In this document: one piece after another, positions 39,314 to 52,704 of the stretch
Numbering within the stretch: the first letter of the stretch is position 1
Layout of the letters: each line of letters opens with the position of its first letter
Source of the DNA: Octopus sinensis
Lineage: Eukaryota
Length of the DNA stretch: 64,000 bases
Assembly (NCBI RefSeq): GCF_006345805.1
Contig: NC_043012.1
Location: 46,748,001 to 46,812,000 of the forward strand
Direction: 5' to 3'
Notes under the pieces: generated by a model
What the model was told of the DNA's origin: nothing
Databases searched by the model: none
What the model saw: the letters and a program-made list of their open reading frames with translations, nothing else
Translations under genes and position numbers: made by a program

Positions 39314-41013
39314 AATATCACCACTTCAGTTTAGATACGACGAGTTGCCGCTTGTAATTTTTTACAATATAGTACAGTATTCGTTGTAATTTTGTGTTAA
39401 AGAAAAAGATACAAGACTGTAAAGTAAAACTGTAATTAAAAAAAAACCCAGTAAAATGAAACTACTTGCTTTGTGGGGGAAAGTAAGTAATTTCCTTCTC
39501 ATTTTCATCATATTCATAATTCATCCGATATGTATTTATATGAACCCCAATGTCTTATTTTGTCTGTCCTCGTGATGTCCCCTCTTTACAAAGGCTATGT
39601 GCCTAAATAGAAGAAATAGAGCTCTGTAAAGCCGGTTGCGTATTGTCGAGTGCAAATTCAAATATTGTGAATCTTGAGTAGAACGATTTGCCAGAAAGTT
39701 ATTTATCATGCCGTTATATCGTACGTGGAACGTGCGATACAACGCACACATACATACGTGTGTGCGTGTGCGAATTTAAACAGGTTTCATTGGTTTACAA
39801 GTAGATCACACCAAATCAATTATCATCAATAGAACAAAATCCTTTTTAACTTAGGCACACTGGTTTAATCGCTCTGTGTACTTCATTGGTAATATGATTT
39901 ATCAACAAGGGATGAATTGCATGTCTGCTTTGATGAGGATAAATGTCAGCTGAAAAAGAAACAAAATGTGAATTCACAAGTAATTATGTCTAGCATTGTA
40001 CTGATTCTACAAATCCATCGCCTTGATATATAACACTTATTTAAACTTCTACTAAATACACATCGCACGGTCACCAGTATCTTCTAACAATTTACAAGGT
40101 AGTATAATTAATAGTAAAGAAAAAATAGCTTGTATTACACAATCTACCTATCCTGCCTGTTATATTTCGAAGAAAAATATGTACGGGAAACTCACCTCAA
40201 GTAGTTTCTTTCTTTTCTGAAACCCTATCTTTCTTTACCAAACGAACAAAATAATGCTGGCTAAGTTGACGGGCTATTAATTCAATTCATGAGCATGTTG
40301 AAATAAATATTAAAAGTACTTGATATATATCACAATTATATCCATCATTTTATATCTTTCTTAATAATTAACAGCTAGACAAAATTTAAATAACGAGTAA
40401 TTAACGGTTTTGAATATGATCAATTATGTATAAAAAGTAATAGCAAAAATTTCTTAAATGCACTTCTAGACAATAATACACATACCATTTTAGAGATTGT
40501 TAAGAGGCTGTCAAGATATTAAAAGATAAATTGATGTTTTAACTATAAGATTGCCTTAAGGTATGAACATTTGTCAGATGATTTACGCAGAAAGAAAAGA
40601 TGACAAAACGAAAATTCAATGAATAATTTGGAAACTAACACACAGAAAAGAAAAAAAAGAAGTAATGAGGAAAACAAAAGTCATGCAACTCAGACAAAAG
40701 CATAACACATCAAGATTTACGTGAATTCATAGGCAATATTCAAAAATATATGTCAAAGCTAACAATTGGTAGAATATTTCATGCTGTTTCAAACTATATC
40801 ACATTACTTATGCAATTATATTCTTCAACCACAGTCTAGTATATAAGTTAATTGATACCAGTATTTTTAGGTTTGTTTTTGAAAGTTTAAAGCCTGTATT
40901 TTTCTTTTTTTTTTTTGTAAATAAAATCATAGTCAATGGTAGGATTTCAAACTATCTCTTAAAAGGATAGTTTTAGCCGCCTAAAATCTTTTCCTTTCTT
41001 ACAAACTTAAGTA

Positions 41014-42280
41014 TTGGCTCATCCCATAAATAATGTGGTTTTTTAAATTGCATGAGACAAAAAATCGGAGGGGGGACGGGATAAATTACCTTCTTTAACA
41101 TGCTATAAAAGCAGGTAGTAATTATATCTTCTCCTTATTCTTAGTGCAAAGTTTGAAGATTGCAGTTCGATTTTAACAGTTATTTGTTTCAAAGCTATAA
41201 TGGAATTGAGAATGGAGTATATTCGGCATATTTTGCTTTATGAGTTCAATAAAGGCAACAACGCAACGGAAAGTACGAGGAATATCAATGTAGTATATAT
41301 GGGAATTGGACAATAAGTGTAAGCTAGTGTCAACGGTTGTTCCAGAAATTCCGAGCGGGAAACTACAGCCTAGAAGACCAACCTCATTCTGGAAGATCTG
41401 TAGAGCTCGACGAGGACCTCTTGCAAACCCTATTAGAAGAAAATTTCATCGTAACTGTTGAGAAACTAGCAGAGGAGATCTAATTTAGCCATTCAACCAT
41501 TCATCGACACGAGGTGCCATCGGAGAAGTCAGCAAATTGGGTCAGTGGGTTACCCGCAAACGTCCCAAGACTAAACACATGCAGAGAGTGAATGTCTGCC
41601 CTAATTCATTTTCATGTCTCACGAATGAAACATTTTTGGACCGAAAGTGACCGGTGACGAGAAATTGGTTCTCTATAAAAATGTCAAGCGCCGAAAACAG
41701 TGGGTAGGGAAAAAGAGACAGTGGGTAAGCACACCCAGGTTAAAGAAGGTCTTCACCTACGTAAGGTGTTGATATCTGTTAGGTGGGATATGAAAGGTTT
41801 AGTCCACTTTGAACTTTTCAATCCAAACCAAAAGATAACAAAGAAGATCTACTGCGAACGCTTAAGTCAGCGCTAGAAGTAAAACAACCATCTTTGGCTT
41901 CCAGACGAAAAGTGATCTTCTATCAGAATAATGCTCAGCCACATACAGTGAGGAAAATATTCCAAAGGCTGGAGCAATTTGAGTGGGAAATGATGCCCAA
42001 CGCATCCGTATTCGCCAGACATTTCTCCATCTGATTATCATTTATTCCGGAGTTTTCGCAATCATTTGGATGGAAAAATATGAATTCTGTAGACGAGTAT
42101 TTTTCGTTACGGACAAGTGATATTTTGGAAGGGGCGGGGGCCTTGCAAGTGTACCAGATAAATGGGAGAGCATTTTTAAAAATGGAGAGTATATTTTAGA
42201 TTAAACAAGAACTTTGTTTATCTTAATTTTGAAAAATAAAATAAATAAAAAAGAACAGCATCATTTATAGGATGAGCCAA
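41014..42280 (+). mobile_element. Full-length degenerate mariner transposon (1267 bp)
   Basis: TA-flanked 22-bp TIRs ttggctcatcccataaataatg / catcatttataggatgagccaa (2 mismatches). Transposase remnant 41200-42204 with RHILLYEF, FQKFRAGNYSLED, VTGDEKLVLY, NNAQPH; stops and frameshifts. Confidence 0.92.
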
Positions 42281-42559
42281 TATTACCAGAAACATTTAAA
42301 GAGGAACATGTTTCCCCTGTAGAAAACACACTTTAGCATTATGTTCTATTTATAACTTCCAAAATAAACCCGAATGAAATAATGCATTTGGTCATATTTT
42401 TTGCGTCACAAGTTATAAAAACGATATTCCATCAAGATATCATTTATATGAATACAACGTGTGTGTGTGCGTGTAAATTGTCCTTGCACAGAGACCATCC
42501 GGATGCCCGCTTGCGCCCTGAGCAGGGATTAATCTTCTCTCTTCGCTCTTTTACGCCAT

Positions 42560-43010
42560 TTGGTCTCAACTCTTCTCCCTCCCCCTTTTCATCTAACCTC
42601 CCCCGACTCCTCTTCAGTCCTTCATCTTTTCACCCCTACTCTCTTTCCCTCCTCTTCCCTTCTTTCCCTTCTTTCCCTTCTTTCCCTTCTTTCCCTTCTT
42701 CCCTCTTCTTCTTTCTTCTTCCCTCTTCCCCTTCTCTCTTTCTCTCTGCTCCCTCACTCCTCTTCTCTCCCCTCCCCTCCCCTTCTCATCTCCCTATCAC
42801 CTCCTCCTCTTCTCCCTTCCTTTCACCTCCCCCTCCTTAGCCTTTCCTTTCTTCTCCTCTCACTCCGCCTCCTCTCCCCTCCCCCTCATCTCTCTCCCAT
42901 CCCCTCATCCTCCCCTTCACCCCTCCTCTCTCTTCTCTCCCCCTCTCACTCTCCCCACAACCCCCACTCTACCCAAACCCCAGCCGAACCCACACCCCTT
43001 CTATTCTATT
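42560..43010. repeat. CT-rich polypyrimidine low-complexity tract
   Basis: Direct composition; explains the S/P/L-rich ORFs 42382..42840 and 42560..43018. Confidence 0.9.
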
Positions 43011-43040
43011 TAAGTTAAATAGACTAGAAGATCTGAAATT

Positions 43041-43084
43041 CACCTGATGAATGTCCTGAGAAGAGACATGAAACAATTGTAGTG
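43041..43084 (+). ncRNA. Minimal type I hammerhead ribozyme
   Basis: CAC-CUGAUGA-AUGUC-cugagaaga-GACAU-GAAA-C-AAUU-GUA-GUG; intact core, 5-bp stem II, palindromic loop III. Confidence 0.85.
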
Positions 43085-43266
43085 GCGAATATAATTTTAT
43101 TTAATTTATATTAAAATTTTTTTATGTATTGGATTAAGTCTTTCTTTGTTTGATTTGCAAAATAGTGGTTTTGTCTCTAATTAATATTATATAATATTTT
43201 ACTATAAAATTGGATTCAATCCTAAATCTGATTTTCCCTGTAAATTTGGATTTATTCCCTAATATT

Positions 43267-43341
<75 letters not shown>

Positions 43342-43431
43342 ATATGTAAGTATGTATGTATATATAAAAAAATTAACAGAATGAAATAAAAATCCAAGGC
43401 TATTAAATATTTCAGAACATTTATAAATATC

Positions 43432-43478
43432 TCTTACAGCTGCTTCCGGGATATTTTATATATCCTTTCATCGGAGAC
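43432..43478 (-). ncRNA. Decayed type I hammerhead
   Basis: Minus: UCU-CCGAUGA-..GGAUAU/AUAUCC..-GAAG-C-AGCU-GUA-AGA; two core substitutions; loop III and stem I resemble the 24706 motif. Confidence 0.6.
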
Positions 43479-43932
43479 GGTGTGAGAAAGTATTTAAGCA
43501 ATAGTTATTCTAGATAAGATATGAAATAGAGAGTGAAGTGGAGAAAATAGACGTGAGATATGCAGTGATATTGTATCTGCAGTTCCATTATTTAGGCAGA
43601 ATGGTATAGATATAAGATTCGTGTACCTTGTGAGTAAGTTCCAATTGTATTTAAAATTGGTCATTCCAAGCATAGAGTTTGTAAACGGTGTTATTGAATC
43701 GAGGGTTTTTTTGAAGTGACTTAAAAGTTGGGAATGTGTTTGTAAGGTCAAATCAAAAACGTATATGTGTGTGTGTGCGTGTAATATACGGTGTTCGCTC
43801 TATTCGTACCAAGTTGAACTAACATTCTCATAGCTTCACTGATAGAATAATGCAATGTCGAACTACTTTGCCATATAGCCGCATCGTGACTATCTATTTA
43901 GTTTATGTTCTCATACTTGACAGCCACAATGA

Positions 43933-44110
43933 ATCCATCTATTATGCTTTACTTGTTTCAGTCAATTGTCTGCAGTCATGTTGGGGTACCGCCTTGAAGG
44001 GTTTCAGTCGAACAGATCAACCTCTGAATATATATTAAGCCTAGTACCTATTATATCGATCTCTTGCCGAACCACTAAGTTACGGAGACACCAGTTGTCA
44101 AACTGTAGGG
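43933..44110 (-). mobile_element. SINE family B 3' half
   Basis: Reverse complement of the family B tail (ttacttgtttcagtca..tgcag.catg.tgg..accgcc). Confidence 0.7.
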
Positions 44111-44184
44111 GGTGGAGGTCAAACATGGGCTCAAATACACTCACACACAGAAGTATACATACGTATATGTATAAACCATAGATT

Positions 44185-44730
44185 CTAGTCTTGACAAGCT
44201 GAAGGTGAATGATTCGCTCCCTTACTCACAATTTATCGGACACATTTTCTGTTGTTGACCAGTTGGAAAAGATGTTTTTCTCGGGTTAAAATGTAGTAAC
44301 ATAGTTCTTTTTAGAACAGCCATGATATAGTGGAAAAAAAAAGTTACCGTCTAGTAGCATTACTACTTATATCTCGTTTAGAGACTTTGTAAATAGCTAG
44401 TTTGCTCGTTAGGGGATCAGCGGCTGTCTGCTTCCTCTGTGTTTATATATTGTGGTTGACTGCCATCTGTAGTCGGTAGATATCCAGTACCGATGAAGCG
44501 TAAAGACCCAGAAATCATTGTCTACTGGTCTTGCAAATCTAGAGGGGAGTGATTTGCTCCTCTACTCATACACAAGCTGTGTGTCGTTGACCAGCTGGAA
44601 AAGAAGATTTCCTGGGGTACAAATGTAGCAACATAGTTCTTTATAGAACCGCCATTTTATAGTGGCATAAAAACATTACCGTCTAGTATTGTTACTTATA
44701 TCTCGTTTCAAGATTTTAGAACTAGCTACT
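44185..44730. repeat. Diverged direct duplication of ~220 bp
   Basis: gttgaccag.tggaaaaga...aaatgtag.aacatagttcttt.tagaac.gcca...ttaccgtctagta...cttatatctcgttt occurs twice. Confidence 0.75.
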
Positions 44731-45926
44731 TTTCTCTCGGACAATTATGGTCCCTGTTATTGTATATGTTTTCATTCCTGTGCATTAACAGCATTAGAGC
44801 ATTTCAGCTCTTATTTCTAGTAATTTAGGTATTTTTAACACCTTAAATGCAGAATTAGGCACTTAAGTTGAGACACCATATTTCAGTACGGTATTATCCT
44901 TACAATTTCAAAATAAGGTGATTAAAATCAAAATAAGCAACAAGAATATCCAGAGGTAATGCAGTACTATCGTTTCCAGTAACTCCATTTAATTGAACAA
45001 TGCAACCATTACATCAATTCAAATGCAGAACAATCCTTAGCTATATAAAGATATAGAATTAAATTAAATTAACACAGATGGATATATTACTATAATTTTA
45101 CATAAAACCTCCAAGAATTTAAGGAGATAGACAAAGAACATGCTGTCTCCACTTCAGGTTAGACGCTACTAAGGTATCAGGAAGCAAGACTCGTTATAAA
45201 TCTAGCTTGTCACTGTATTTTGGGGTCAGTTTTAATTTATAGTCTTGTTTATCAAATCTTTGTCTTTCAAATCTAAGGCCAAATACCAAGGAGCAGTGTC
45301 TGTTAGGAAGGGTTTAAGGAAGTCAACAGAAATCATGGGTATATTAAGATTAATTTGAAGCAATATAATGAGAATTAGTAAAGGAAATCTTAAAACAAGA
45401 TGTTAGCTGACAATTAAAAGGGGAAGCCATTAGCAGACCATTGATAACGATACAGGCGAAATTTTATCATGGGGTACCATAGTTAAATACTTTAAACAAT
45501 ATTGCCATATTGTATAAATTTAAAATTTAGGTTTATTCAGAAGGTTATTAAGAAGAATATCATAACAAAAGGATAAAATGTTTTGAATACTTTTGAGTAT
45601 ATACCAAATTTTAGCACAATAGGGGAAGGCAAAGAAATTACATAGAAATAGTTTAATATTTATACATATTATATACTGAAATACTAACTTATTAGATGGT
45701 ATCTGTGAAGATTGATCATTGGTATTCATACTTAGCTTCTATAAAACAACACCGGTATCCTCACTACTTAAAATAAACTGCTTAGATTATAATTTAATAG
45801 ATATTTAGTTAGCATGTTCCTTTGCCTCAGTACTCCTATATTAATTACCAATAGATACCAATGGTCAATATTCACAGATACCATCTAATAGGTTAGTATT
45901 TAAGTATATAATATGTTTGTTGTTAA

Positions 45927-45962
45927 CACAACGTTTCGGCTGATATACCCTCCAGCGCCTTC
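45927..45962 (-). ncRNA. 3' half of a PLE-type hammerhead; core lost next to a (CTT)/(ATT) run and SINE
   Basis: Minus: ...GG.GCUGG..uauau-CAGCC-GAAA-CG-UU-GUG. Confidence 0.4.
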
Positions 45963-45977
45963 TTCTTCTTATTATTA

Positions 45978-46058
45978 TTATTCAAGTCACTGCCTGGAAT
46001 CGAATTCGGAGTCTTGGGTGTTAGTAGTAGCCCGCGCTCTTAACCACTACGCCATATG
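45978..46058 (-). mobile_element. Short tRNA-like SINE head
   Basis: Minus: tggcgtagtggttaagagcgcggg...gaattcgattccaggcagtgac (A/B boxes). Confidence 0.65.
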
Positions 46059-47569
46059 GGGACAAATATCCGTCAAATGTAGATAATGTAAATTATGTTC
46101 TTTGATCCTGTTTTCTCTTTGATTTGCTGTCACCGGGATATGCTATGTCGATCCTCTTCCTCCTCCTCTCGCCCCCTCATCATCATCAGCATCAGCATCA
46201 TTGGTGTTGCTTTTCTTTTGTTATAACGTAGTTTATTCTGCATTTGGTTAAATTTCACATAAAAAAAATTATCTTTAATATTCTTAACGGCACATTTCTT
46301 ATAAAGATAATAATTGGGCAATTTCTATGCTTTCTCTTTCACTCAAATTTAATGACGTAAAAAAGTTAGAATGTTTCTCTTTAGAAAGGAAGTCTAACTT
46401 ATTATGAAACACACAACCTATCTACCCACTTAAAATAATTGTTATAACTGCTTTTATTCTTGATTATTGCTGATCTCTAATACTAGTCGACGGAGTTACA
46501 ATGATACCCAAGTGTAAGTGGTTCACTTGAAAATTGAAAATGGCTTGTAGAACTGCAATCATTGGAAATGTACTTTTTACACTACTCCGAAAACGCAAAG
46601 TACTTAACCTGGTATCAGGAAACTGCAATAAAATTATTTTATTTTATTAAAGTTGTTGAGTAGTGGTTTTCATGTTTTCCAATAGGTATTATCCGTGTAT
46701 ATGCAGTCAAATATATTTTAAAAAAGAAAGCATTCTGGGTAAATTTCATTGAATAAGGAAATTCGCCAGGGGTTATATTATTTACTACGATATTCACAGT
46801 TTTACTTCAGGTTGGCACAGATACAAAACACACAGGAAGAAAAAAATATTAAACTTTACTGTGAGTACTTAAACCCTCTATATTCAATTGTTCAACAATT
46901 GCAGAATCCAATGCTGTATTTGAATGCACCTGGTCGATAGAAGAAGTGCCATTAAATACAGTGGAATCTATTTAACCGAATATACTTATACAGATACGAC
47001 AGTTGGTCTGGTGCCTAAGAAAACAAAAAGAATATTGATATATTTTAAATCCATAAACGGTTAACCAATTGGACGGTGAGATCGTTACATTTTGGAAAGA
47101 AAGCAAAGTTAAAAGCAATTGAAAACTTATATAGAAGAAAATGTTATAGTTAAAGGTATTACATAACTTCTATAGAAATATTGAAAAAATACATAGACAG
47201 TTTCCATCATGCAATTTGCATATCTCGTGCATGACTTTCCCTTTGATGGCCAATTTTATTCACCAATTCTAGAGATCTCCTTACACCAATAAATTTATCT
47301 AACGTTCAGACTGAGAGTCTGTTGCAAATGGCTCCAGCACAACTAGTTTCGTGCTGTAGCAAGTAATGCATTACGCTTGAGGATTATAATGACTTGCATG
47401 GAGACCTGAGGAAATGGTTTCCACGAGATCAATTAAACATTTATAATGAAATTATGCATGCCCTAGCTTTCTTCCAAATGATTCATCTACATATGTATAT
47501 GATTCTGCGCGAGCATGTGCGTGTCTACACATACATACATACATACATACTATATATATATATATATAT

Positions 47570-47600
<31 letters not shown>

Positions 47601-47843
47601 ATATATATATATAATATATATATATATAATATATATATAATATATATACATATAGATATATATATTTATCTATATGTACCTGCGTGTAAATATATATATA
47701 TGTATATATAATATATATATATACATATATATATACATATATACATATATATTTCTATATATATATATTTATATTTATATGTACCTGCGTGTAAATATTA
47801 TATATATATATATATACACATATATATATATACATATATATAT

Positions 47844-47922
<79 letters not shown>

Positions 47923-47924
47923 TA

Positions 47925-47954
<30 letters not shown>

Positions 47955-47955
<1 letters not shown>

Positions 47956-48378
47956 GGAGTGGCTGTGTGGTAAGTAGCTTGCTAACCAACCACATGGTTC
48001 CGGGTTCAGTCCCACTGCGTGGCATCTTCGGCAAGTGTCTTCTGCTATAGCCCCGGGCCGACCAATGCCTTTTGTGTGGATTTGGTAGACGGAAACTGAA
48101 AGAAGCCTGTCGTATATATGTATATATATATATATATATATAATATATATATATATATTATATATATATATGTATGTGTGTGTGTTTTTGTGTCTGTGTT
48201 TGTCCCCCTAGCATTGCTGGTGTGTTTACGTCCCCGACACTTAGCGGTTCGGCAAAAGAGACTGATAGAATAAGTACTAGGCTTACAAAGAATAAGTCCC
48301 GTGGTCGATTTGCTCGACTAAAGGCGGTGCTCCAGCATGGCCGCAGTCAAATGACTGATATAATTAAAAGAGAGAAAG
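47955..48378 (+). mobile_element. SINE family B, full length with internal TA/TG microsatellite
   Basis: ggagtggctgtgtggtaag...ggttcagtccc head, internal microsatellite, family B tail. Confidence 0.9.
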
Positions 48379-48480
48379 AGTATATATATATATAAATATA
48401 TACACATACACACAAACACACACATATACGTAAATGCTGAACGAGTAAATGAGTGATCAACACCGCATTGGTGATTATAT

Positions 48481-50140
48481 AATTTCTTTTGTGAAACACC
48501 GCAGGCACACACACGCTCACACACATACACTCACGCACACACACACACTCACGAGCGCACACACACACATATAAAGACACTCGCATATATTTTTATACAT
48601 TTTTATAAAGAACTTGGCTTTACTTCAGAGCGTTGAACAAAGAGAAAGACACACACACACATATTCATGGTTATATATATTTCTATGTAAGTATATATAT
48701 CATAAAGAGAGAGAAAGAGAGAGAGCTTGATAAATAGATAGATTTTCATATAAATGCATATGTCTGTATGTATATTTGTATACATACTTTTGTATACATG
48801 AAAATATACGATTGACAATGAATAATTGAAAATTCTATTAGCATACATTTGACGAAGTTATTTGAATAGACATTGTATCACATGATTCAATAATAAAAAG
48901 AATCATTATTTGTGATTTGTATATTATTGCAAACTTGTTGCGTATATTCGTTATATCAAATATATGAAATGGTTCATCAAATTACCTCTGACTTCCACAA
49001 AATGTTGTTATGAGCGTTCCAAGTTTTAGCGAACAAAAATCGTTATCATAAATGCCTACACTGTTTATAATATATATTTCAATACACGCGCACAATGCAT
49101 CCACAAATAAAACCACTAAATTTAATAGCTATGAACTCACACGTGGCTTACCAACAAAACTACCTCCCCACTTTGGTATCGAATACTTTACACCCTTTTT
49201 ATCCGTACTTGTATTCTTAGATATACATACGCAGCTGAATTATGTTAGTCATCTTATGTTGAACTTTGAATAATTTTACAACTTTAGAATATAGAATGTT
49301 CATAAGAAATCAAAGAAACGCAAATGAAATGGTATATGACCCGTTCAAAGCCTACTTACAAATGAATGTGTTAACATCACCGTATGTACTTATAAACTTT
49401 AGTAATTTGTCCTCACACTTCATCATTAATTAGCAGAAATAATTTTCTTCGTTGAACACACATTTGCGTCAGTGCATTAACGTCAACACATATGATATTA
49501 TACAAACACACACACCCGTACACACCCGCACGCACACACACACACATAGGTATATATACATATATAATGCTTACATATAAAGTCTCTCTTGTCCTTATAT
49601 GTATGTATATATTATTATTATTATTATCATTATTATTGAGTGAGAGAGCAGTTCATGCCATCAAAGTGACACTGGGGTAAAATATACGAAGCCCAATATA
49701 CCCATCATGACTACCCGTCTGATAAGGGTACACCAGGCACATGCATCACAACCATATGTGCGCGACATGGTGATCTCATATCAAGATAAACAGCACATGA
49801 CCTTGCAGGTGGCGCCCAGTTAGAATTTTCTTCAGGTTGAGTAGCCCATCCTGCTCAAAAGGTCCCTGATTAAGGGTTGTTTAAGGATGTTGAAAGAACC
49901 ACCCATGTTTCCAAAGGTGAATTATTCAAACCCCAAAGAATCCCTCTCAACACATGGCTATGATGCTCCCCCACTACTTCTGCTCGTGATCAGAGATGTA
50001 CATATCGTCAGCCACTAAGGGACATGCTCAACTGGTTAAAGTCAAACAACTGACAAGCAAATCTGTGGTATTGAGCAGAATATTTGCTGTAGCTCATCTT
50101 TTATACCAAGACAAAACAATGTACATGATAACAGTTATTA

Positions 50141-50210
<70 letters not shown>

Positions 50211-50513
50211 AAGTCTTATTATGCCTGACGAAACAAAAACACTGCATGAAAGTACAGTATGAAACCAATGATTTTTCATCTATCGCGTAGACTTGCAAGG
50301 CCCCTCTTCTAAAATTCCATGAATATGTGTGTGTGTGTGTCTTTCTCTTTGTTGAGCGCTCTGAAGTAAAGCCAAGTTCTTTTGTATATAAATATGTATA
50401 AAAATATATGCGTGTGTCTTTATATGTGTGTGTGTGCGCGTGAGTGTGTGTGTGTGTGCGTGAGTGTATGTGTGTGAGCGTGTGTGTGCCTGCGGTGTTT
50501 CACAAAAGTAATT
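48481..50513. repeat. Inverted duplication of ~190 bp (48481-48670 / 50317-50513)
   Basis: ctttgtgaaacaccgcagg...aagaacttggctttacttcagagcg...atattcatgg versus its reverse complement. Confidence 0.85.
49638..50122 (-). mobile_element. ~485-bp repeat, copy 3, embedded in (ATT)n
   Basis: Full-length reverse complement homologue of 15134..15620 with (ATT)n on both sides. Confidence 0.85.
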
Positions 50514-50919
50514 TCACAAAAGTAATTCTCCAGTACTGTTCTGACCTCGTCTACAGAATTCATATTTTTTCCATCCAAATGATTTTGAAAACTGCGGAAT
50601 AAATGACAATCAGACGGGGCAATGATACAATCAGATGGTGGGTGGGGGCATCATTTCCCATTCAAGCTGCTCAAGCCTTTGGAATATCATCCACGCTGTA
50701 TTTGACCGAGAATTATCTTGATTGAAGAATAACTTTCTTTTGAAACCAAAAATTGTCGTTTTCCTTCTAACTCTGACCTAAGCCGCTCACGCTGCTCATA
50801 GTAGATCTGCTTTGTTACCTTTTGGTTTGGGCTTAAAAGTTAAGAGTGGACTAAACCTTTCATATCCCACCAAACACCTTACGTGCGTGAAGATCTTCTT
50901 TAGCCTGGGGTGCTTACCC

Positions 50920-51010
50920 ACTGTCTCCTTTCCCTACACACTGTCCTTTCCCTACGCATTCTGTTTTCTACTTTCCCTACGCACGGTCCTTTCCCTATCC
51001 ACTGTCTTCG
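50920..51010. repeat. Degenerate ~19-24-bp minisatellite (ctgtcctttccctacgca-like)
   Basis: Four cctttccctac-type units. Confidence 0.7.
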
Positions 51011-51112
51011 GCGCATGGCACTTTTGTAGACCATTTTTGAGACCATTTCTCGTTACCAGTCACTATTCGGTCCAAATAATGTTTATTCGTCAGACGTGAC
51101 TGCAAAGTAGAT

Positions 51113-51470
51113 TAGACATTCACTCTCTGCGCGCGATTAGTCTTGGAAAATTTGTGAGGAACCGTTGACCCAATTTGCTGTCCATGAATGGTTGAATGAC
51201 CAAATCCAATTGAATGACCAATTCTATGCTAGTTCCTCTACATATACGACAGGGTTCTGCTTGAGGAACTCCTCGTTGAGCTCTACAGATTTTCCAGAAC
51301 GAGAATCGTCTATTAGGCTATAGTTTCCGGCTCGGAATTTCTGGAACGAATGCAGGTAGTTTAACCCGTTCCCTCCGACATTTAGTTCATTGCAATTGAA
51401 AGAAAAACGCTTTATTTCTGGGATGACGCAATATAATATTAATGACACAAATGCGGAATACTCAAGCATT
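51113..51470 (-). mobile_element. Mariner transposase N-terminal fragment, related to the 41014 element
   Basis: FQKFRAGNYSL.D..RSG.SVEL; DNA similar to 41340-41600. Confidence 0.8.
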
Positions 51471-52029
51471 ACGCCATATTGCTTCATAAAATTTTCCCAA
51501 AATTGAAACGGTAATCATTTTAGAGTGTAACATTAATTGTAGTGTGAATGTGACATGGTAACCATAAATGGTAAATAAGCTTCAAGATGGATAATTATCT
51601 AAGTACGATAACATGTTAATACAGTCTAATATAGAAAGCCCATGAAAATTGTAGCTGGGTAAGATCAAGAAATGAATGTTTGAAAACTTGAATTTGGTCA
51701 ATAAATATAAAATGTTCAGTATTATCTTTACTTGCAAATATGATTTATTTTCAATACAATCTATGAATATTTATCAAACTAGTAGTGTGGCATTTCTATC
51801 GGAAATTAATCTGAAATTAGGGTGCACAATAGTATCAAGCAAAATTTATTTCTAAATGTGAATTTTCAAACAATGATATAACTATTGGTTCTAGATTTTT
51901 TTGCTTCCTTTCAGTTAATTAATTAATAATTTTTTAAAATTAATTTGACGAAGTTCAAGATTTCCTAAATTTCTTGACGTTAACTCAACTATCTCCTTTC
52001 TAATCATGTTTCAGTTCCTTTGAGAACAC

Positions 52030-52610
52030 GTTCTACAGAAGGCATGAAGAGACTAGCCTGGCAGTGTTTCACTGAAGAGCAGAATGAACTCATTTATTGC
52101 ATCCTTGCGTGTTCTTAACAAGCCTAATAGCGTAAGGTTGCGTAGTATGAAGTGGATAAGCTATAAGGACAAGATTATCAGCATAGGCAAGATCTGAGAA
52201 ATGCATATTGTGCTGGCAGTTTTATCACTTCTAATAATCATGAAGCTTTTGATTAGACGGCATCAATCTTTGCCTAATGATATAGACTACCACAATTACA
52301 AAGTGAGATGAAGCATTTTGCTGGATCCTTATAGTGGGAAACATTCTGTTTCGACTGCACCTCTTTGCAACAAACGTAATTGCATGACATAAATTATATC
52401 GACGACTTTGATGATCTCATCTAGCATATAGCATTTCAACAGAATATATAATATACCTCTTCGGATGATATCTTCAAAAGCATAGAGAAATCCACAAATT
52501 TAATTTACATGCACACTCTGCGCTTCTACATATTTCCTAAGGGTAAAGATGTGTAGTAAGGTTGATCTAGATTTGTGAAGGGCATTTCGATCCGTTTCAA
52601 TGTGGTTTTA
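52030..52610 (-). mobile_element. Degenerate LINE reverse transcriptase fragment (RTE-like)
   Basis: Minus: ..NLDQ..., FVDFS..., HFSDLAYADNLVL (RT YADD-type motif); many stops. Confidence 0.6.
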
Positions 52611-52704
52611 AAACAAACGTAAAATCTTTTGCGTCGAGTTGAAGGTTTTGCAATGTGTTGGAAACTTATTTACTTTATTCGTCAAATTACAACAAAAACA
52701 CCCT

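Noticed and set aside
50221-50275. CUGACGA...GAAA hammerhead-like string
   Set aside because: Unpaired linker before a weak stem, no valid stem III or cleavage triplet, and no stem I.
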